Below are positions 26,401-36,502 of a DNA stretch of 64,000 nt, piece after piece (position 1 is the first letter of the stretch; the number at the start of each line of letters is the position of its first letter). A program made the position numbers and the translations under genes. Under the pieces are notes generated by a model that saw only the letters and a list, made by a program, of their open reading frames with translations, was not told the origin of the DNA and ran no database searches. The stretch is from Mytilus edulis (taxonomy: Eukaryota): positions 32,674,001-32,738,000 of the forward strand of contig NC_092344.1 of assembly GCF_963676685.1 (NCBI RefSeq), written 5' to 3'.

Positions 26401-29400
26401 CACTTAGTCAGACTGACATTGGTCACTAATTCAGACATGTATTGACCACCAATTCAGACTGACATTGGTCACTAATTCAGACGTGTATTGACCACTAATT
26501 CAGACTGACATTGGTCACTAATTCAGACATGTTTTGACCACTTATTCAGACATGTATTGACATCTAATTCAGACTGACATTGGTCACTAATTCAGACATG
26601 TATTGACCACAACTTCAGACTGACATTTGTCACTAATTCAGACATGTATTGACCACTTATTCAGACTAACATTTATCACTAATTCAGACATGTATTGACC
26701 ACTAATTCAGACTAACATTGGTCACTAATTCAGACATGTATTGACCACTAATTCAGACTGACATTTGTCACTAATTCAGACATGTATTGACCACTAATTC
26801 AGACTAACATTGGTCACTAATTCAAACATGTATTTACCACTAATTCAGACTGACATTTGTCACTAATTCAGACATGTATTGACCACTAATTCAGACTAAC
26901 ATTGGTCACTTAATCAGACTAACATGTACCTCTGATTTATCATACACATCATCCTCATCAGATTCTGCTGTGTGAGGAAAGTCTGTAAATGTATGAGTCT
27001 GTACTTTTCCTTTATCTTGAGGAAAATCTAAAATAAATAGCCAGAAAATTATATAAACTTGATATGGGATTATAAGAGGATATACTATTTATAAGTATTA
27101 TGAAATAAACTGGATTCGTTGGTCAACAATCAGATTGAGAGTGGAATCGCCTAAACTTAGGTTATATGTGACATGTATGTTAAAACTATCAGTCTCTGCT
27201 GTTGTCTGAAAATATAAATTTCCACTTATATAATTGATAATAATGATCATGATACAAAATTTAAGATTTTATCTAGTCCAGTCTGAAAATAAGCAATTGT
27301 AACAAGTCATTTGAATAAAATGATTTGATACTTTGGCCTATATTATACACAATCATTTAACATTTTTTTCTTTAAGTTTACATGTACAGCTGTTATACTT
27401 ATTTATATCTTAAAATCTGAAATTTTAGTATACATTTATCTTTGCTATTGATAACAATGTATAAAAATGTTAAACTAATTAAAGCAATTTCAAACATTGA
27501 TGCTTACAATTATGCTATCAGCAAGTTTTACATTTTTGCAAAACCTATCCCAATGCAATTTTCACTTTAATAAGCACATTGCATAAATTTCTGTCATTAT
27601 TTTATTTACATTTACATTTTATGTCACGTTTGTCTTTGGGTAACAATATGATTTTTAAAAATCCTAAACTGTATGTACTTAACAGTTAGACCATTGTATG
27701 AATTTGGAATCATTTCATAGTGTCTGTCCATTTTCTTTGATTGGTGAACTTTGAGAATAACATACATTTCTGTTTATTCCGGTTATTCATAAATATTATT
27801 GGTTATTTTTTACATTGATAATAAAATTGAGAATGGAAATGGGGAATGTGTCAAAGAGACAACAACCCGACCAAAATAAAAAAACACAACAGCAGAAGGT
27901 CACCAACAGGTCTTCAATGTAGCGAGAAATTCCCGCACCCGGAGGCGTCCTTCAGCTGGCCCCTAAACAAATATATACTAGTTCAGTGATAATGAACGCC
28001 ATACTAATTTCCAAATTGTACACAAGAAACTAAAATTTAAATAATACAAGACTAACAAAGGCCAGAGGCTCCTGACTTGGGACAGGCGCAAAAAATGCGG
28101 CGGGGTTAAACATGTTTGTGAGATCTCAACCCTCCCCCTATACCTCTAACCAGTGTAGAAAAGTAAAAGCATAACAATACGCACATTAAAATTCAGTTCA
28201 AGAGAAGTCCGAGTCTGATGTCAGAAGATGTAACCAAAGAAAATAAACAAAATGACAATAATACATAAATAACAACAGACTACTAGCAGTTAACTGACAT
28301 GCCAGCTCCAGACTTCAATTAAACTGACTGAAAGATTATGATTTCATCATATGAACATCAGGCACAATCCTTCCCGTAAGGGGTTAAGTATCATACCATC
28401 ATAACATATATGAGAAGAACATAACCCGTGTCATGCCAACAACTGTTTTTAGAATAAATGTGTTTAGTTCCGACGCAAAGACCTTATCAGTGACTCAATA
28501 TTAACGCCAAAATATGCAATCTTTAATGACTTGACAACAGTATCGTAATTATATCCCTTCTTAATAAGTCTATTCAAAGGTTTTGTAAGTTTATGAGGTG
28601 AATACTGACACCTTTGTGCTTTATAAAGAATATTTCCATAAAAAATTGGATGTGAAATACCTGAACGTATAAAAAGTCTGCATGTTGAGCTATATTTACG
28701 AATGATGTCTTTATACCGATGATAAAATTTAGTAAATGTTTTGACTAGTTTGTGATATCGAAAACCCTGGTGTAATAATTTTTCAGTAATACATAAATTT
28801 CTCTCGTTAAAATCTAAAACATTGTTACATACACGCAGTGATATTGTTTGCCTCAAATAACAGCCGAAATTCGGCCTTTTCCCCTAGAGAAAATTCCCAA
28901 TTACTAAAAAAAATGGCTTAAAATTCCTCCCAAAAAGGTCTACATTTTCCCCAAACAGTGATGGCATTGGTAGTAATGTTTGTAAATATCGTATTCATGT
29001 TATTATTTTGATATTATAAAGCACTTTTGAGATCCAGTTTTCTGATCAGAATCATCATGGTGTTTGTAACACATGTGGTTTTCAATGCATTAAGTACCAT
29101 CATTGCTTCAGTTTCTTTCCCCTCTCCGAAAAGTACCTTCCAGGTTGAAAATGTCTGACAACCAAAATATACATGAAAAAACAGTGCAAAAAAGACAGCA
29201 AAGGTCAGCAAAAAATCGGAGATGTGTTTAGAATAATATTTCCCAATTTCAATAAAAAATATGCATTTTTCCCAATAAAAAACGGTAGAGGTAGTTTTGA
29301 AAAAAGACAACAATATCACTGACACGAGCGAATCGTACAAGTTGAGATATATAAACACCGTAAGATGGTGACAATGGAACGTCACCATCTAAAAACGGAT

Positions 29401-31810
29401 AATTAACGATAGGAAATGTAAAATCATCCCTTTTATCATAAATTTTAGTATTCAGCTTTCCGTTAGTGATATAGATATCAAGATCGAGGAAAGGGCAGTG
29501 GTCATTGTTAGTATTAGCTTTATTTAAAGTAAGTTCACCAGGATAAATTTCATTAATATACATACTGAAGTCGTCATTATTGAGAGCCAAAATATCATCC
29601 AATAAGAATGGAATAGAAACTTCTTTATTCATGTATGATGATACTAATAATTATAACAGGTAGTATTTTAAAAAAAATACATAAATTAGATCAATTAAAG
29701 AATAATTTGGTGATATTTGCAGAATATTTAAGTTCTTCTTTGTTTTCATTTTAAATTCAAAATTTTGGAATGAGACATTGGAAACTTCTAGATGCCAAAA
29801 TATGTGTCTGTCAAATCTTTAGACCAACAAACAGAACATATTATATCTTGCTTTTTGTCTTAAACTTTTGTGTTTACCTTGAAACTCTAATTTACTTGTA
29901 TCCTGAAACAGAAAAAAAATCAAATTTGGTACATGCATCAACATAATCCTGTCAAACGCCACAATTCATTTTAACCAGAAGTCAAAATTACCATAACCTG
30001 TGGGCATTATATAAAATTAACAAATGCATGTATATAATATGCCAATCAATATGTTGCTTTTAATCCTATCTTAATTGCAATGTTTTGTACTTGTTTTTAA
30101 TAAAAGTTTATTATAACTACAATGTATATTAGGAAATGTTGCTGTGCATTGTTGTTAGGATCATTTTAATGTGTTCTAGTATAATGTATTGGTTGCACAT
30201 GCACAAAAGAGTAACACTTGGGCAAGTACAGCTTAATCTGGCTGTATAAGGGCTATCAGGATATAAAAAATATCTTCCTAGACTACTTTTGAATCTTTTT
30301 TTTATTATTTTGAAGTATAATCTAAAAACTTTTCAGGTACATGTATTATAAAGAAACATACATCGTATATTTGTAGCTTGCTGTTTGTTGTGAGCCAAGG
30401 CAACATGTTGAACCCGATTTTTGACCTACTAATGGTTTACTTTCCTAATTGTGACTAGGAGGAGAGTCGTCACATTGGCACTCATACCACATCTTTTTAT
30501 ATCTATTATTGACTTTGTAGTTGATTTATTTCTGTGTAAAAAAAAATAAAATGAAATGATTTAACATTGGTTTTTGGCAACTAAATCAGTAAATATGGCT
30601 ACTACATTTTTACTAAAGAAAGCTCCATTAGGAGCTAATGTGTTAAGAGACCTCTTATGTCAATACACCATTACCTATATCAGTAAATGTCCTACTTATA
30701 ATTTTCTCTGTGTACCAAGACAGAATGCCATGCACTCTGAATGTTCAGAAACATTGTAACAACTCTGTGGAATGTTGTAAGGCTAAATTTCTGTACCCAT
30801 ATAATATACCCTAATGTTCCTGTGGCAGTCTTAATTTCAAACACCTCATCTAGGTCAATCCTTGTTCAAAGAAACTCTTGTATTTATTGTTAATTTATTC
30901 ATTATAGTCCTGAGCATACATTTGTACATGCATGTAAATATACATGTATATATGCCACTGGACATTTATAATCAATAAATCTTCATATATATATACACCT
31001 GAAAGAAGCCTAACATTTGAGACAACAATGAAAAAATCACATATGGTCAGATCATATGTTTTCGTACGTCATATGTTTTCATACTATGCACGCTTTATCA
31101 ATGGAAATTGTGACGTCAGAATGCATTTTCAATTAAACGAAAACCCATGAGACAATGATATCTGTAGCCTCAGCTATAAAATTAATAGGCCCTGACAAGT
31201 CAAAATTCTCAATGTTAAACAATTTGAACGATTAGTTGATCAAAAGGTTTTTTAAAATAGACTTTCAAGACGTCATAAGTAGTACTTACTACTCAGGTGA
31301 AACTAGAAACAGTATATCTAATAAATAATTGACATATATCATCGTCTCATTGGTTTTCGTTTTATTACTAATGCATTATGACGTCACGATTTCCGTTGAA
31401 AAAGCATGCATAGTACCAAAACATATGACGTACGAAAACATACATGTATGATCTGACCATATATCTATGTTCCTGGTAGTCCAAATAATTATGCCGTTTT
31501 ACTACGGCTTTTGGTAAAAAAAATTGAACGACTACCTTCAAGTCGTAAGCGTAACAGCAAAATCAATAATAGCCTTTCTAGATGGCATAATTATTTGGAC
31601 TATGTTCCTGAATCCTGGATGAAAGAACATGTAGGAGCAGATCAATGATTTGGTAAAATTCTTGGATTTCTTCAAAATAGATGTATTTAAAACTTTTTGG
31701 ACAGATGGATTACTGCATAACTAATTTCTCAAGCAATACCAAAACATTATCTTAACAATATATAAAACTTTGTTTACAATTTCGTCTTCCACGTCAACTT
31801 TCGTGTCCAT
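20401..31810 (-). CDS. YIPF1: YIPF1/YIPF2-family Golgi membrane protein (Yip1 domain), about 364 aa, 8 exons
   Basis: Exons (minus): 31778-31810, 29878-29902, 26930-27027, 24833-25007, 24251-24367, 23491-23645, 21894-22076, 20401-20709 (1095 nt, open). Diagnostic motifs SFWTFEYYQQFFDV, PNPDLYGPFWICTTLVF, LEILCVYGYSLAIFIPIS, VGFKLYFF. Confidence 0.93.
22626..23200. mobile_element. Kolobok-like MITE
   Basis: ttaa|AGGAGTAGGT ... ACCTACTCCT ends; the right-hand TTAA is degenerate; internal inverted aaagtggccgca-cgtgttcatcct repeat. Confidence 0.6.
25669..26924. repeat. Minisatellite of 23-bp monomers arranged as a 46-bp A/B dimer, about 54 monomers, abutting YIPF exon 3
   Basis: aattcagactgacatttgtcact alternates with aattcagacatgtattgaccact. 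Confidence 0.95.
28348..28412 (-). promoter_or_regulatory. SECIS-like stem-loop in the retroelement 3' UTR
   Basis: Minus strand reads ATGA-tggtatgatactt-AA-ccccttacgggaaggattgtgcc-TGAT; GGUAUGAU pairs with AUUGUGCC; apical mini-stem ccc/ggg; about 50 nt after the stop. Confidence 0.65.
28836..29321. mobile_element. 486-bp MITE inserted in the Penelope RT ORF
   Basis: 13-bp TIR CAGTGATATTGTT / AACAATATCACTG and a 5-bp duplication ACACG on both sides; removing it restores RFARVCNNV. Confidence 0.88.
31041..31462. mobile_element. MITE with long TIRs
   Basis: atatggtcagatcata...tgttttcgtacgtcatatgtttt is mirrored by aaaacatatgacgtacgaaaacata...tatgatctgaccatat. Confidence 0.75.
31477..31602. 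mobile_element. Small MITE with an 8-bp target duplication
   Basis: TIR tagtccaaataattatgcc / ggcataattatttggacta; tgttcctg at 31468-31475 and 31603-31610. Confidence 0.7.
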
Positions 31811-32124
31811 TTTTCAAAGATCACTCTAGAGAAACCCGAAAATGAATTAGAGAAATGTATAAAATAATTATAGCCCCTCCTGTTCTGTATTGGTCATCCA
31901 TAACTTACAGTTTTATGTATATTTCTAAATGGTCATGTAAAAACATATGCAATTATTCTATAAAAGGGTATAAACGATTCGACAACAGAATTTAAAATAC
32001 ATTACATATATTATAATTCCTGATTTTAAATATAATTTCCGGATGGGGTCGGGGTGCGACAACTTTTATGTGTTATCCTTGTTTGGAACATTTTTGACTT
32101 TATCTATCTCTTTGAAGGACAAAG
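31811..32124. promoter_or_regulatory. Probable bidirectional promoter shared by YIPF1/2 and TIMM29
   Basis: Divergent ATGs at 31810 (-) and 32125 (+) with 314 bp between them. Confidence 0.65.
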
Positions 32125-35100
32125 ATGACTTCAGTTTCAAGACTCAAATCATCATCCAGGCTTATTGGAAAAATTAAACCAACTGTCCCAACAAAACTTA
32201 AAGGAGGAAAGCTAGAAAGAATAGGTACATTACAGCAAAAGCATCCGAAGCTGTTTTTACATGGGTACAAGTCAAATCGGCACCCATAGAAAAAGTCAAA
32301 TCGGCACCTGGTTAAATCGGCATCTATAAAATCGGCACGAATGTAGGACAGAAAGTCACAGGACAAAAAGTCACAGACAAAAAGTCACGGACAAAAAGTC
32401 ACAGGACAAAAAGTCACAATTCATTTTTTCTGATTATTTTCTTTGAATAAAAAACGCTTATTTCTACACAAATATTTTTGTATTTTTCTTAAACTATTGT
32501 ATATAAACCAACTTTTTAAACAAAATAAATCAAAAAAATATCAAAGATTATTACATTGGTTGCAATGAATTACATTGATTTCCCAGTTAGATAAAAACTG
32601 ATAATTTCACATGTGAAATAACCGTGGTTATTTCACTCTCTGACGTCATACAACAATAGGCGTTGTCAAGACGTCGATAACGTCGGATCAAAACAAATTG
32701 TCAATGCGTAGGAAAAAGATATAGTTCCTTACATTTTCTACATGAATTTCATAAAAAAAAAGCCATTTGCCAATGTAATAAAAAGAATAACTAATCGCCG
32801 TATTTGAATATCAAAAATAAGACAACTTGTGACCGAACGCCGCTATGGATTAAACTCGTGCTGCGCACTCGTTTAATCCATGCGTCGTTCGGTCACGCGT
32901 TGTCTTATTTTTGATATTCAAATACGGCGATTAGTTATACTATAATTATCAAATAATTGTTAAAAAAACAAAATGTCAAAGTGACTTGGCACTTAAATGG
33001 CTTCATGGTGCCAAGAAAAACATCTTTTGCATGATTAAAATTAAATAAATCTTCATTTTTCAAGTATAATGACACATTTCCTAAACTTCAATATGAATAT
33101 ATGTATTTAAAAGTAAATAATTCAAGATATATTCTTATATATTAAAACAATTGTCAATAAATTATTTGTGACTTTTTGTCCTGTGACTTTTTGTCCTACC
33201 AAATTTGTGACTTTATGTCCTGTGACTTTTTGTCCTGTGACTTTCTGTCCGTTTACCATCGGCACCTATTTAAAGTCAATTCGGCATCCAATAATATTTG
33301 ATATAATATATGGGACTGGGACTATTATGCTAAGTTAGTAATTTAAGTATACTAGCATAATAGTCCCAAATATATATAGATATTTCTAAAAATGTATAAA
33401 TTCGATCATGATTTATTTTATAATATGTAGAGACAATTATTTCCATGAGGTTTTAAGACAACCGCAGCATACTTCGGTATCCATCTTGGTTACTCTACCA
33501 GCTTTTCCGTTAGAAGGTGTTGGTTCACTGGTCACAAATGATTTATTTTGTTAAAAAGCATCAAGCTGTAAAAATACAAAAGTTGATCATTTAAAGTTTT
33601 CTCAACATTATGTGACTGATGTTTTCATGGTTTTGATAAATTTTCTTTTCAATTAATAAATAACTTTAATCAAGTACATAGTGAAAACACAATGTAACAC
33701 CAGCTTTTGTTTCGCATATTTCTGTCATATTTTCACAACTATATGATATAATCTAATAGGGAGAATTAATACACAAACATGATTAGACCACAAAAAGACT
33801 TTTTATGGATATATGTGGTATCAGGAGAAATTAAAATTCGAATGTAAACTATTCAGGTATCCTCATTTCCATTGTGAGGACAAGGATAATAGCACGAAAT
33901 GTTAGGTTAAAGTACATTAATTTGAATTTAAAGATTGAACTAGAACATTTTTAAAGATAAACTTGTATCACCTGGTGTAAGAAAATGTGTGTCAAAAAAC
34001 TTATAACTTGTACAAAAACCCTGTACAAATTATAAATTGTACTAAGTTATATTTTGTACACATCATATATTAATAAACAAATTTAACATGGGTGCCAAAT
34101 TGACTACATCAAGTGCCGATTTAACCAGGTGCCAATTTGACTAGGTGCCGATTTGACTATACTGGGTGCCGATTAGACCAAGTGCCGATTTGACTAGAAT
34201 TCCTATTTTGCCCCTCCCCCTTTTCTTGAGGCACATGCATTACATGTATTGTTTACAGACCCTTAGGCCTTACCAATGGCCAGGATGTATCTGATGGGGT
34301 TGATTGGGATCATGACACTCAGACTTTAACACATTATCATGAGTATGATGTGTCAAATACCACAGCATTTATTTTACCCTAATAGTGGGTCTCATTGGGG
34401 TCTAAGCGTGACGCGGGATTGCCGATTTTTTGTAAGCGGGACACATGAAAGTCAAATTATTTAGTCGTGAAAACGGGAAATGCGGTCTAGCAGGACCCGG
34501 GAAATGACAAAAAAATGAGAATTGCTTACGTACATAGTGTAAGCGGGATACGGGAATCTGACAAAACAGTAAGCGGGATCCGGGATCGGAACCCCCCCAA
34601 TGAGACCCCCCTAATACACTTACTATCACCACAGTCGCTTGAATTTTAGAGATATACATTGTATGTATGAAAAAAAAAATTAAAATTAAGTCGTAATAAT
34701 TATGATGTCTTGAAATGCTATTTCAGAGGGAGATAGGACCCTTATCCGGACTCTGGGATCCTGAGTTTTTGAGCTGAGGATTTCGGGATTGACCCTTTCG
34801 TGATCCAGGAATTCTTTTTACAAATTTCGGGATATCAGGTTGGGACCTCTGGATTTCATGTTTTTAAGCCCAGGATTTTGGGATCATGACCCCTCATTAC
34901 AAATACATATTTTTCAGCTTTGACACCTTACGCTTCTTGATAATTTTTGTCTGTAATAAGTGAGACCCTCCAATATACATGTACCTCTAAAAGCAGTTTC
35001 AACATAATTTGGTTGAATAACAATACACCTTATCACTATTTGTCTGCCATTACTGGATATCACACAGGTTCCCGTAAAATTTTGACGTCATAAAACAAAA

Positions 35101-36502
35101 TATCTTACGCCACAATGGAGGAAAAGTGATTGTTGTATGTTGTCAAAAGTTCAAGCGGCCAGTCAGCCGGGAATACACTGAATAGCGATAAACGGTATCA
35201 TGACAATGTTAAAATAGGAATTAAATTTTTTTTAACAACAATAATAATTTATTTTGAAATACAAAAATCATTTGGATAAAAAAGTTTTGTCAATATGAAC
35301 ATGATGAATATAAAAATTTAGACTCAAGATAAAAGTTAAAAGTACCAACTTTCATTGGAAAATCCTTAGATATGAGAAAAAGGTCTTGCAGTGACAAACA
35401 GAAATAACATATAGTATGACAGGGGACATTATTATCAAGGATAAAGGTCAAGGTATACATGACACAGTGGCCTTATTTCCAACATCAAAATTTCAAGTTA
35501 TCATAAGCCTATGTCATATGAGAAAAAAAATGTTTCTGGACTCATAAATGTAATTACCAGAACAAACCAAGCATTTTTACTGAAGTCAATGGTCATTGTC
35601 ACATAAAGGTCATGATGATATGCCACATACCATCTTAAGGTTGGCACTTATACAAATTCTTGTCAAATATCATAAGCCAGTGTCAAAACATAAAAAGTAA
35701 TTGCCAACACAGAATTTTAGGAGAAGCAAAACCTGAAGAAGAAAAACTACTGATCATGATATCATTCATCATAATGTTTGTGATAAGATTATTGTTGAAG
35801 CTCCTTTATTTCAAATAAAGGCTTGGCAAACATACCATAAAAATCCAATTAAAATGATATGCATGTACTTAACCATATCCATACAATAAAATGCTGACTT
35901 ATGTCCAACTTTATTTTTTGTTAAGATTGAAAAATTATATTTGAACATTGTATCAATTCTTTACTTATTTATTTACAGGAAATTATTTGTTCAACATATT
36001 CAAAGACTACAGAGCAGTATTTGATGAGACAATACAAGATATAAAAAATCGTCCAGTGAAGGCTTCATTTTATGGATCTTTGTTAGCTACAAGCATTGTC
36101 ATGCTGAAAACTAATCCGTCAGAACAAAATTTTCAATCAGAAATTTTAGAGTGTTCAAATTCCTTATCCACTGTTGGTGAGTTAATACGTAACCCACAAT
36201 CAGACAATCATGTGACCACATTGATGACTGCTATGAAAGATAATACGATGAAAGTTCGAAATTTGAAATTTTTTACTGTAGTATCCATGAGAGAATATCC
36301 AATTCATTCTGGTTTGTTTGAAGCCAATTGTACCTATGCCAAACCACACTGGACAGAATGGCACAAGTCAATAGTTGATATTGGTATATTTGGTAGATGG
36401 GTATATCTGAATAAAGCTATGAAAGACTATGATGTAAACCCAGACGAATGGCTACCTGATGGACAACCCAAAATTAAAACTAAGATGCTTCCTTATGATT
36501 GA
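32125..36502 (+). CDS. TIMM29: Mitochondrial import inner membrane translocase subunit Tim29, about 207 aa, 2 coding exons
   Basis: Exon 32125-32224 encodes a basic, Ser/Arg-rich presequence-like MTSVSRLKSSSRLIGK..., phase 1. Exon 35979-36502 contains DY...RPVKA, IRNPQS, IVDIGIFGRWVYL and MKDYDVNPDEW, typical of Tim29. Confidence 0.88.
32263..34202. mobile_element. Foldback-type DNA element with subterminal AAATCGGCAC repeats, hosting nested insertions
   Basis: Repeated agtcaaatcggcac at the left end and gtgccgatttgact at the right end. Confidence 0.75.
32339..33257. mobile_element. Nested foldback element with GGACAAAAAGTCACA subterminal repeats and an 8-bp TSD
   Basis: ATCGGCAC is duplicated at 32331-32338 and 33258-33265; inverted arrays of ggacaaaaagtcaca / tgtgactttttgtcc. 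Confidence 0.8.
34385..34612. mobile_element. GC-rich MITE
   Basis: gggtctcattgggg / ccccaatgagaccc ends, flanked by taata. Confidence 0.6.

Larger units (their letters stand above)
27818..29603 (-). mobile_element. 5'-truncated Penelope-like retroelement (Naiad-type RT C-terminus plus 3' UTR) in YIPF intron 2
   Basis: LDDIL...PFLDLDI...KIYDKRDDF.FPIVNYPFLDGDVP..SYGVYISQLVRFARV|CNNV..F.ER...LLHQGFRY; the ORF ends at 28464 with no C-terminal GIY-YIG. Fragments of its 3' end recur at about 15230-15290, 38340-38572, 41870-42130 and 54935-54998. Confidence 0.85.

Noticed and set aside
25669-26924. CRISPR-like array
   Set aside because: There are no unique spacers, only alternating 23-bp variants. 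The context is a eukaryotic intron and there are no cas genes.
29014-29388. 124-aa minus-strand ORF
   Set aside because: It spans the MITE/RT junction out of frame and has no coherent protein features.
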